Part shown: piece by piece, positions 11,979-22,590 of the stretch | How positions within the stretch are numbered: position 1 is the stretch's first letter | How the letters are laid out: every line of letters starts with the position of its first letter | From: Felis catus | Lineage: Eukaryota | Direction: 5' to 3' | DNA length: 64,000 bases | Assembly: GCF_018350175.1 (NCBI RefSeq) | Contig: NC_058368.1 | Coordinates: 46,874,001-46,938,000 of the forward strand | Made by a program: the position numbers and the translations under genes | Notes under the pieces: model-generated | The model's input: only the letters and a program-made list of their open reading frames with translations | The model's database searches: none | Told to the model about the DNA's origin: nothing

Positions 11979-12029
11979 AAAAAAAATTTTTTTAATGTTT
12001 ATTTCTTTTTGAGAGAGGGAGGGAGGAGG

Positions 12030-12087
<58 letters not shown>

Positions 12088-12252
12088 TGGGGTGAGGCAG
12101 AGAGACAGAATCTGAAGCACAGAATCTGAAGCAGGCTCCAGGCTCTGAGCTGTCAGCACAGAGCCCGATGCAGGGCTTGAACCCACAAGCCGTGGGATCA
12201 TGACTTGAGCTGAAGTCGGACGCTTAACCGACTGAGCCACCCAGGCGCCCCC
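11979..12252 (-). mobile_element. CAN-SINE with expanded (GA)~24 linker
   Basis: TSD AAAATCAAAATTA at 11966-11978 and 12253-12265; (GA)n at 12034-12081. Confidence 0.95.
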
Positions 12253-15200
12253 AAAATCAAAATTATTTTAAAAAGAAAGAAAAGTGGGAAAAGAATGAAA
12301 AATGTCCATTGAACTTTTGACAAGTAACTCTTGAATGCCCAGAAATGAATCATTACATTGGTGTTAAGGCACAGAAGCCATTTAAAGATGAATTTGGTGG
12401 GCAATGGTGTCACTGGTTGTCATTTTAAATCACTCCCCTGTGAGAGGCACAGCCTTGTCCTCTAAGGGTGGCCGCTGAGCGCTAGACTCAGACTCAGCTG
12501 AGGTGTCTGTTCATATCTAGTTTCGTGGGCCCTACCCTTATTTTTATGAATCGGAATATTTAGGAGAGCCCCCTGGATAATTCTCTTGCCCACTAAAGTT
12601 TGAAAAGCACAACCTAGGGCCGTGATTTTTAACCGTGGGGTCTCATCCAAGAGACAAAGGAGTAGTTTTAAGATACCCATCCCCTATTCCACTGCCTACA
12701 GCCATCCAAACTCGGTAAGTCAGGAGTGTTCTCACTGTGAATAGATTCCTTTCACAAGTTCACCAGATGCTTTTGAGGCTCATTCCTGCATCAGCTGTCC
12801 TACTAAGGAATTCCAGAGCTGCTGGCGTCTGTCCTTTAACTAGGAACTTTTGGGAGACTAGACAGTTGTGCAAAGAACTGTAGCCATGCCTTTCAGAGGC
12901 TATAGCAGATGCTTTTCTACTTGGTAGTGGAGAAGACAGTCTGCATCATTGTCTTGGAGCCCTTATTTATGTAGACAAACTTGTGCCAACTATTTTGCCT
13001 TCTGTTGCTTCACTTAATTATGCCACCTCCTTAATGATAACCCTAATGATACATTTTGGTTGTAGCTGGATAGTATACTCCAGTAAATATCGGGGGGCAC
13101 TGAAAGGATTATTCTGTAGCTTTTTCATGCTTTCCCACATAACTTAAAAAAAAATTAAAACATACGTTCTCTCCCAACCTCGTGCTTAAAATAGATTATT
13201 ATTTTGTAAAATTCATTATCCTGTAGTTTTGAAAAATGCCAATTAATGGAAAAAATATTAAAATATGCCCTCTTGTTTTCAATAATGTGTGTGCTTGAGC
13301 TTCTGTAATGAAACATTTATTATTATAATAATGTTATAGTATTGTTATGTCAAAATATTCTCTGTGGTATTTACAGAGTTCAAATTATCTTACCAAAAGT
13401 ATAATTTGTGGAACCTTAAATAACTGATATCCCCAAATAATTAATATAATGTCATTTCTAAAACCCATACTTTCAATCTGGAGGGCTATGGCTCACAAAA
13501 TAGCCACTTAAAAAAACATGCTAAGGAGTGATTAAGAGTCTTCCTATAAGACTAACAAGGCCATTTGAGTAGACGAGCTGACTGGCTAGAGAGGACTCAC
13601 GTTCCACCAAAGCATCAGACTTCTAAAGGAAACCCCCCCACCCAGCCCCTTTCATCCAGTGGGGCTTATACCAGAGGATCACTGGCAGTTCTAATATGTT
13701 GTATGAGGAAGACAGGAGTGAAATCCCATCAGGTAGGATCAGCTTACATTATTCAAAGTTTAATATTTATAATAAATTCACAGGGCCCTGAGATTATTGA
13801 CTTTTCAGGAATAAGATTTTCATAATTTAAGGAGTCATGCAGGTTTTCTGCATTAAATGTAGCCTTACAAGTGGTTTTACATGAGAAGTTAAAAAGTACC
13901 AATTAACAGAGGCAGTAAAAGAAGACACATCCATATACTCATACCATATACCCAGAAGGAGTCATTACATATATTAACATTTTAAGGTTAAAAGTGGCAG
14001 TCTAGTCCTAAGCCAAAACAACATTTTCATATTCAGTTTAGAATTAAGAAAATGGCACATAATCCTTATATGTTATTTCTCACATGGTTAGGGAATTTGA
14101 GAAAAATATATTTTTAATCTCTTCTCCTGTACCCAAAGTAAGACCTCTGGGTATAACTATCGTTAAATATGTACTCAGAGTTTCCTTGGACCTCTCCAGA
14201 CCAGATATGTACAGGGCCACAAAAAACCGTTACTGGAACTTTTTTGGTAAATCCTTCTTAGTTTGTATTTAGCAAGGGTCTTGGTCCCAAATGTTACCAG
14301 TGGCCCTTGGAAGGCTATTCCCAAGGGTCAGCCGGCAGTCTTCAGGGGGACAAATGTATAGGTCCAGCCAGAGGAATGCACAGGAGCTCAGGATGTCACA
14401 GGTGCTTTTACGAAAGAGCCCCAGGTGTGGCTGGCAGGTTCAAGGCGGGGGGGGGGGGGGGCGCCTGGAAGACCTTACAAGAAGCTCTAAAGAGTCTGGT
14501 CAGTTGGGAGAGGTCAGGGTCATCTTGGGGGCAAGGAGTCACATACAAGTGAAAGACACAGGGATTGAGTTGAAGCATTTATTACATCTGCTTTTGTGAA
14601 AATAAATAGTTTTTCACACACAGCCCTTGATACTAGGGAAGTCTCCAGGTTGCTAAGCATCCGTCTCTTCCCTCAGGGTATGTGGTCTGTGTTTTTGTTC
14701 TGCCCTGTTCCATTAGAGTGTCAGGGCAATGCAGAAGAGGTGAGGACACTGGCATCTTTCACTCTCTGTCATACAAGGTCACATGGAGACCCATACAACA
14801 TTACCTGAGTTTTCCCAAGTGACATGAAAATAACTCCTCAGCTTGTGCCTGGTGTGCGGTCCCCAGCACTTGGGACTGTACTTCATGTACCTGTGGCTCT
14901 GCCAACCTAACGCTCTCAACTGTCCCTAGAGGCCCCTGGAGGTCCCACAAATGCCTCTGGAGGCTTCTGTCTCCCTTAGCCAGTGGGGGGAAATACTAAC
15001 AGGTGCACGGTGACTCCTTCGGGGAACTACCCAACAAAGAATCGATGTAGGGCATTGCTCAGTGCAAAATAGGTGCCACACATAAGTTCAGCTTGAGTCG
15101 AAACTTATAGAGTCTACTTAATACAGCATCTGATATCAATAATAGAAAATTTTATTTACTTTGATCGTTTTCAAAATACCTATACATACAAGCATTTGTT

Positions 15201-15299
15201 AAAAAAAAGTCTATAAATAAATTTAAATGAAATGATTGAGTATACGTAATTTGCATATTCTCATAAACTTGAAAATTGTGATTGCAATGCTAGATATAA

Positions 15300-16190
15300 C
15301 AGAAATGTGTACAGATGCAATCAGAGCTGAAAGGAAAGAGCAGTAAAGTCTGGGTCAAGGAGCACTTCTCCATTGGGATACCATTCATGTTAGGGTTTGG
15401 ATGATAAATAGAAACTCTGAAAAAGAAGGGGGCTTGGGTGGCCAGGGCTAGAATTCCAGGCAGAGGGAACAAGAAATGTAAAGGAATGCATGGCATATTC
15501 AGCTATTTTAACCCTGAGGTTTTCCAAAACCAGCTAAAGTTTTGCCTGCAGCTAGTTCATTTTGTAAGACAATTACATGGAACCAGAGCAGAAGAAAAGC
15601 ACGTGGGAAGTGAGGAGGAGGAGGAAACACCACTCCAAAGATGCATTCCTGAGCTTGTCACCACCATGGGCAGCTGGAGCTCCAGCCCTTTTGGGACCCT
15701 CAGAGGAGTGTACAGATTGAACTCCAGACTTTGCTCAGGAACAGGGGTCTATTTACTGCCCCTAGTGGTCAAAGTTGGCCCTGGGGCACTATCTCCCTTG
15801 GCTGAACAGATTCCCACAGGTACCTCACGTGCAGGTGGCAGAGAAGCCCTGTTGTGGGAAATCAGGGACATGCTGTTCAGTGGAGGCCAGATGTGGTCAA
15901 GGTTCACCTTAGCACAGCTGGTTGTTGCCGTAGAGGCTGGAATAAAATGGTAGCTCAAAACGATGTAATGCCGAGTAGAATATATGTCAATATATAAGGT
16001 AAGAAAAAGTTTGATACGCAGGCAGAAAATTTGGATGCAAAATTTAGAAAGAAGTTCTAAAAAGTTAGATTGTGGATACATTGTGAAAGATTTTTAAGCG
16101 CTGTGTAAAAATGTGCTTGAGCCTGTAGTCAATAAAGAATAATCCAAGTTTTTAAGAGAGAAGAGACTCAATCATATTTGTAGCTCAATA
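15300..16190 (-). mobile_element. L2 remnant split by an LTR33-like element
   Basis: ATTCCAGGCAGAGGGAACA (L2 hallmark) at about 15453; L2-like sequence resumes at about 16050. Confidence 0.6.
15515..15955 (-). mobile_element. LTR33-like ERVL LTR
   Basis: TGCAGCTAGTTCATTTTG, GTCACCACCATGGGCAGCTGGAGCTC, GGGGTCTATTTA and GCAGAGAAGCCCT resemble reverse LTR33. Confidence 0.6.
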
Positions 16191-16191
16191 T

Positions 16192-16220
16192 GGGGGCACC
16201 TGGGTGGCTCAGTCGGTTGA
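16192..16220 (+). mobile_element. CAN-SINE 5' head only (29 bp) flanked by TSD
   Basis: GGGGGCACCTGGGTGGCTCAGTCGGTTGA between perfect 16-bp repeats ATATTTGTAGCTCAAT (16174-16189 and 16221-16236). Confidence 0.9.
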
Positions 16221-16254
16221 ATATTTGTAGCTCAATGAGTTAATGCTGGTGTCA

Positions 16255-16715
16255 GTCACTGCTTATTTGACCAATGGATGGAATTCACCTTTAGGCCAAG
16301 CACTGTGCTAGTTCTTGGCCATACTATGAAAACAAGATGAGTGAGATGATCCTGCCTCCTCAGGTCCACAGCCTATGGAGGAAGACAAATTTACAAGCCT
16401 TTGCTAAAAACTGGGGTAAATTTTAATATGGGAGATATGGGTGCTATTGGAGCACACAGCAGGAGTGCTTGGACTATTTTGGGGGTTTCCGAGAAGACTT
16501 TCCCAGAGAAGTAACACTAATTCAATATTGAAGGGTGAGTGGAGTCAGCTGTATAAAAGAGGAAAAGAAGAAATAGCCCAAACAGAGGAACAGTCATTGG
16601 CAGGAGGGACAGAGGGAAACCAGCATGGTGAGTCAGCATGGCTGTAGTAGTGAAGTGTGGGTGGGGACATGCTCACAGATGTCTGGAAAGGTAGAGAGGA
16701 TCTAGTCTGTGCAGC
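16255..16715 (-). mobile_element. L2 3' end remnant
   Basis: GCCAAGCACTGTGCTAG...CCTGCCTCCTCAGGTCCACAGCCTA...GAAGACTTTCCCAGAGAAGTAACA. Confidence 0.7.
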
Positions 16716-16721
16716 AATTTT

Positions 16722-16933
16722 GAAGAGAAAGAAAGAAAAGAAGAAAGAAAAGAAAAAAGAAAAGAAAAAAGAAAAGAAAAGAAAAGAAAAGAAAAGAAAG
16801 AGAAAGAAAGAAAGGAAAAAAGAAAGAAAGGAAGAAAGGAGGGAGGGAGGAAGAGAGAGGGGAGAGGAGGGGAAGGGATGGGGATGGCGGGAGGGAAAGA
16901 AGGAAAGAAGAGAGAAAGAGAGAGGGAGAAAAA

Positions 16934-16994
<61 letters not shown>

Positions 16995-17033
16995 AAAGAA
17001 AGAAAAAGAAAGAAAAAAAGAAAAAAAAAGAAA
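16722..17033 (+). repeat. Polypurine compound microsatellite (GAAAA/GAAA/GGAG)
   Basis: About 310 bp with only three pyrimidines (16879, 16885, 16888). Confidence 0.98.
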
Positions 17034-17340
17034 CTGTCAAGAATCACTGAACTGAACTAAATGAACATAAATGTTCTGAATCACCCTTGTTCTTTTAGTG
17101 CAAATAAATTAACTTTTATTTAGATCTAGTCTGCATCTTCCTAGCGACATTTTCAGCAAATTTACTTTTGGCAGATGGAATAGAGACAGTTTTCCCAGTT
17201 CAGAACTCACCATAACATTCCATGATGGACACTCAGGTAGCCCCCTCACAACCTACTAGGTGGGCTCATCCTCCAGGGCTAGAATTACATTGCACACAAA
17301 GGATTATGGCAGCACAGCAGATTCTTGAAAATGAGGCTGA

Positions 17341-17541
17341 GGGGTGCCTGGGTGGCTCATTCGGTCAAGTGTCAGATTCTTGGTTTTGGCTCAGGTCACG
17401 GCTTCATGGATTTGAGCCCCATGTCAGGCTCTGCATTGGCAGCATGGAGCCTGCTTAGGATCCTCTCTCTCCCTCTCTTTCTGCCTTTCTCCCACCTGTG
17501 CTGTCTCTGTCTCTCTCAAAATAAATGAACTTAAAAAAAAA
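17341..17541 (+). mobile_element. CAN-SINE, older
   Basis: GGGGTGCCTGGGTGGCTCA head, CT linker, A tail; degenerate TSD GAAAATGAGGCTGA / GAAAACTATGCTGA. Confidence 0.93.
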
Positions 17542-17561
17542 GAAAACTATGCTGAAATTCT

Positions 17562-17574
17562 TATATATATATAG

Positions 17575-17608
<34 letters not shown>

Positions 17609-17612
17609 ATAT
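17562..17612. repeat. (TA)n(TCTA)n microsatellite
   Basis: Direct reading. Confidence 0.95.
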
Positions 17613-18019
17613 TTTAAAAAACCACTTCAGCCTGTCATTATTTTGTTCCTCCTTTCTTTTGTCTCATATAACAAGCTGGCCTTACCTGTCTTGTTTCATA
17701 TCGATTCCTGCTTTATGACCTTGGCCAAAAAATATTTCTATTCTTCTATACATAGAATATATCTGCTCCTTCCCTGGTGACTCCTGGTGTTTGTTGCCCC
17801 CTGCCATCTTTTTGGAGAGAAAAAATATGGCACACAGCTCCGAGATGGGACGTGCCTGTCTGCTACATTGGAGAGGTATTAGAGGTTAACTAGGGGTCGT
17901 ACTGAGTAACAGACTATTTGCTTTGTATCAACTGTAGTTTATAAGAGCAAACGTGATACTCCAGGAATGTATGCAATGTATGTCATGTTAAATCGGAGGT
18001 CATCCTCTCACATGTCAGG

Positions 18020-18215
18020 ACATGGCTTCTAGTCTGAAGTTCCAAAACTTTAGAGGCCTGTGAAGTACTTGGCCAGGTTCCAGGGGAGAGCAATGAAAGT
18101 GATAAAAGATTGGAAGGCTAATACCTTTGAGGGAAGGCTAAAAGAACAGGAATTATTTCTCCTCTAAATGAGAAGTCAGAGATAATTTAACAATCTTCAA
18201 GTATATGAAAGGTTT
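18020..18215 (+). mobile_element. CR1/L3 LINE ORF2 C-terminal fossil
   Basis: From 18081 translates QGRAMKVIKDWKANTFEGRLKEQELFLL*, then IFKYMKG after a frameshift. Compare CR1 [33 protein letters not shown]...FKYLKG. Confidence 0.8.
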
Positions 18216-20913
18216 AATGTATAGAGCCGTGGTGTCCAAGTCCAGGGACGTCAGAGGAAGGTGACGTGGGTATAGAGAAGGTACTCTGGCAGAGTGGGAG
18301 GCTGTACATTCTTCGGGCTGTTTTGCTACAGGACCCCCTTCCTCCGAGGCCCAGAAGATTGGATCTTATCTAGCAGTGAGGTGTCATGGAGCGTCTGTGT
18401 GAGCACTGGGGTAAAATAAATGACTTCTAAGATTCCTTAAATTCAGTAGTTTTCGGGTTTTTAAAAGGTCTTCCATTTGAGGGGACTCTGAGGGCAAATA
18501 AATTACTGGCCAAGACTTTATTCTTACACTTTCTAGAATTAGTAGCACGTCCTGATCATTACTGGTAACATCTGCAAACAGGATTCTAGAAGTTTGTATA
18601 CCACCAGTTTACCAGTTTTCAGACAATTAGACACAACACACATGCACACAATACATACACAATAGACAATAATCATGTTAGCATTCCTATACACAATACT
18701 TCCTAAAATTTCTCTATTTCTATTTCTTTGGGTCATCTCTCTTCCACTTACCTCCTATTATCTGATAAGATACTGTTGTCCTGAATCATGCTAGTCTTTC
18801 ATTGTCAAAACCGAGAATGATAAATATATAGTCTAATAATTCAGTTGAAATAAACATTCTTCCATTTCAGTAGCAAAATCTATGCATAGAGACACCTGCA
18901 TATTTGGGGAAGTATACTAAGTTATGATTTTATGACAGACAGCAGCATAGCATTCCATTTAAAATCTTTTTACAAAGGTGGGTGATAACAGAAGCTAGGA
19001 CAATACAATAAAATACTATGTCTGCAATAAAAAGTCAGACTTCACTCTCCTGAAATGGGCTCATGCAGATCACTATATCTCTGTTTACGGGGAATTTTAA
19101 GATAGTCACAAAACAAAACTGCCAAGCATGAAAGAATAATTCCTTTAACAGCTGTTCAGTAAGGTCAAAAACACAGAAACTACTGAAGGTTACAAAAGTG
19201 TAACTAGAACTCTTGGGAGTTTAGCTCCATTGCAACAGAAATTTCAGAGTCATCTTCTGGTCGTATTCCACCAGTTGCTGGAATGCTTGGGATTGGTTAC
19301 CCGATTTTAGGAGCTCAATTCTGTCATTTGACTCACCACCTCATGCCATCACGACTGAGGAGACAGAGTTAATAAATAAAAGCATAGATGTCTCTGATGC
19401 TTAGTTCAAAATAGAAACAAACATGGATCAATAGGAACAATCTGACACCAATATCCCAATTTCTGCCCAGACATCAGCAATGGGAAGGCTATTGTGCACA
19501 ATCCTGAAAATCTGTTCTCCAAATGCACTATTGACAAAAGAGCTGGACATAATAAGAAATTAAATGAAGCCGAATAAATACCTGTACTGAGGGCTAGACA
19601 TCAAAACTATATTTGGTGAAAAGAGGCAAGAGAGAAAAAAGGAATAGATCAAAAGGTCATCAGATGAAACATTTTGTGGTTCATAACTCCAAATTGAAAT
19701 ATAAAATCAGCTCAAAGCCAGGTTTGTTTTCTTTGACACTTAATTTGAATAGATTTCTCTCCACTTTTACATTTATAGAGCTTTGCCTTTTTTTTTTTAA
19801 TTCTCAGTGAATCCCACATTTTATTAAATAGAATTCAGCAGTTTTATTTTGAATTTGAAGTCATCTCAAGGAACTTCCAATGCAAATAGTTTTTGCAATT
19901 CTGTTTAAGAGCATAGAGCGGTTAAAACAGAAATTAATATAAATGAGTGTACTGTGACCATGAACATGTTTATCAAGGTGACTCCTCAAGTTCCTTGTTA
20001 ACCTCATCTGCTCTTAAATTTCATAGATTTTGTGTTGTTCTTTCTAGCAGTCAGTATTACCTCAATATTTCGAAAGTCTCAGTGACTTCATACTGTTAAT
20101 ACCACATTTGATTACATTTGTTATTAAAGAGATTAAAGGTAAGTTTGTACTGTAAGAACTGTTTCTCATCAGTATAAATGCGACAAAACATAACTCTATG
20201 CAGATCCGGCTTCGAATTTGGAACTTTCCTCTATTAAAGTGCCTTTGGCTTACAATGAAACCAAAACAAGCACTGAAGTGAAATTAGTCAGACTTTGGCA
20301 GATATTTTTAAATTTCTCAGGTGGAGCAGCCTAGAAATATTTGGTTATTAAATTGCCTTTCAGAATAAAAAAAAAAATCTTAATGTAAGCATGAAAGATT
20401 TGAAACACTTTTGTATTTGACAAATTTCTCAGTCCTAAGAGATTGATGGTTCGATTATCACTCCCATTGTAGAGCTAGGAAAATCAAGGCAATATATCCA
20501 AAGTCATGGCAGTACCAGGCCTAAAACCTAGTCCTCTGAGTTGAGCTCCTACAATTGCTTACTCAGTCTCAAACACATACATTTCCAGAGAGGACTCCCA
20601 TTTGTGAGATGTCATGTCACAAAGATTTATTGGCAAGGGATGATATTCTCCCATTGAAACACTGTGATAAAGAGAATTTGGCTTTCCAGAAAAGTCCTTG
20701 ACAGCTTATTTGTTCAAAAGAAGAATATTCATGGAGTTATATTTCCTACCATACTTATAATGATGTTTCTTTAAAAATGCGCTTTGAATTCTCTTTGGGG
20801 GCAGAGAAATATATTTCACTTAATATAGAGGATCAAATTCTCCCTCCCTCATGGCAGTGGGAGCAGACTCCCCACTAATTTCTCCACAAGTCCACGTAGA
20901 AGTGATTAATGGG

Positions 20914-21098
20914 GTGCGCCTGGGTAGCTTAGTTGGTTAAGCATCCAACTCTTGATTTCAGCTGATTTTGGCTCAGGTCATGATTTCACAGTTTGTGGGA
21001 CTGAGCCCCACGTTGGGCTCTACGCTGACAGTGTGGAGCCTGCTTGAGACGCTCTCTCTCTCCCTCTCTCTTTGCCTTGCACACATGTGCTCTGTCTC

Positions 21099-21129
<31 letters not shown>

Positions 21130-21155
21130 AAAAAAAATAAATAAACAAACAAAAA
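20914..21155 (+). mobile_element. CAN-SINE
   Basis: GCGCCTGGGTAGCTTAGTTGGTTAAGC head, long (CT)n, A tail; TSD AAGTGATTAATGGG / AAGTGGTTAATGGG. Confidence 0.93.
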
Positions 21156-21400
21156 AAGTGGTTAATGGGTGGGAGCTCCAAGGGGTCACTGTAAGGAATG
21201 CACAGTTTCTTCAGTCTCCCTTAGATGATTCCTCTTAAGCTGATTCTTCATTATACACCTTCTTTTCTTCTTCAAGCATTAAGGAATGTCTTCTTTCTTC
21301 CTTTCTTATGCAAGAAAGCCACTCCTTTCAACTAGAATTTTTATAATCTCTCTTTTATTATATCATCTGGAATACACATTTCTTTGAACATTTAAAAAAA

Positions 21401-21589
21401 ATTTTTAATGTTTAGTTTTGAGAGAGGGAGAGAGAGCGCAAGTGGGGGAGGGCAGAGAAGAGGGAGACACAGAATCTAAAGCAGACCTCAGGCTTTGAGC
21501 TGTCAGCACAGAACCTGACTCCACACATCATGAGATCATGACCTAAGCCGAAGTCGGAGACTTAACCTACCGAGCCACCCAGATGCTTC
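21401..21589 (-). mobile_element. CAN-SINE with an internal deletion
   Basis: Reverse SINE; flanking ATTTCTTTGA..TTTAAAAA repeats. Confidence 0.92.
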
Positions 21590-22019
21590 AATTTCTTTGA
21601 CCTTTAAAAAAAACATGTGCGAAACAAGTAGTTCCTAGCCCTCCAGCTTTTAAAATGTTGTACTTTATTTAGGATCCAGTTAAACTTCTCAAGGATGCAT
21701 CTTACATACAGCAGCATACCTGGGGCTCACCTCCCTCCTCCATGAGTCCGAATCATGCCAACTGTCTTATGCTCTCTTGGTCCTCTCCCACTTCCACTTT
21801 CCACACTGAGGAGTACTTAATGTCGAAATTTTGTCTCCACGACGTGTGGTGTACTTCCTTCTGACTACAAACCTTGTCGAGGCCTGTTCTCCCTTTCTTT
21901 TGCACTCAGAATACACGGCTGCATGTGACTAAAACTTCACTAACGGTATGAGGACAACCAGGGATGGTGACAGCATATTGAAAGTCACTGGTCTCAAAGT
22001 TTCATGACTCTTCTCTGCC

Positions 22020-22369
22020 TGTTTTAGTGTCTTAGAGCTGCTCTAACAAAGTAGCACAAATTGGATGCCTTCAAATAGAGATTTATTGTCTTCCTAGCTT
22101 CTGATGGTAGCCATCAATCCCTGGTCCTCACTGGCTTGTAGCCTCTATTGTCACCCAGCACACTTCCTGTGTGTCTCTGTCTGTGTATGGTGTTCTTGTC
22201 TGTGTTTTGTGTGCCTGTTCCCTCTTCCCTCTTCTTGCAAGGACATCAGTCATATTGTATCAAGAACCCAACCTACTCTAGTATTGCTTCATCTTAACAC
22301 AGCTAATAATTATACCTGTGACAGCCCTATTTCTAAATAAGGTCACATTCTGAGATATTGAGGATTAGG
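22020..22369 (-). mobile_element. MaLR LTR (MLT1B/C-like)
   Basis: TGTTTTAGTG...GCTGCTCTAACAAAGTAGCACAAA...AAGGACATCAGTCATATTG...CCCTATTTCTAAATAAGGTCACATTCTGAG. Confidence 0.82.
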
Positions 22370-22374
22370 TGATT

Positions 22375-22590
22375 ATAGTAGTCAAGGTTCCCCAGAGAAA
22401 CAGAACCAATAGAGTCTATCTATCTGTCTATCATCTATCTACAGATATTATGAGAAATTGGCTCATGATCTGCCGTCTGTAAGTTGGAGACCCAGCAAAT
22501 CCAGTGGTGTAATTTCCACCGGAGTCCAAAGGCCTGAGAATCAGAGGTAAAAATGGTATATATCCTAGTCCAAGGGCAGCAGACCACTTT
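22375..22590 (-). mobile_element. MLT2 (ERVL) LTR fragment
   Basis: GGTTCCCCAGAGAAACAGAACCAATAG, (TCTA)n, AATTGGCTCATGAT, TCTGCCGTCTGTAAGTTGGAGACCCAG, GTCCAAAGGCCTGAGAA. Confidence 0.82.

Noticed and set aside
15756..15771. CTCF-like site TGACCACTAGGGGCAG (minus strand)
   Set aside because: One G short of the CCASYAGRKGGC core spacing.
15438..15953. Longest ORF in the window (171 aa)
   Set aside because: GTG start; runs antisense through L2- and LTR33-like remnants; no recognisable domain.
16657..17060. Four overlapping low-complexity ORFs
   Set aside because: Translation of the polypurine repeat.
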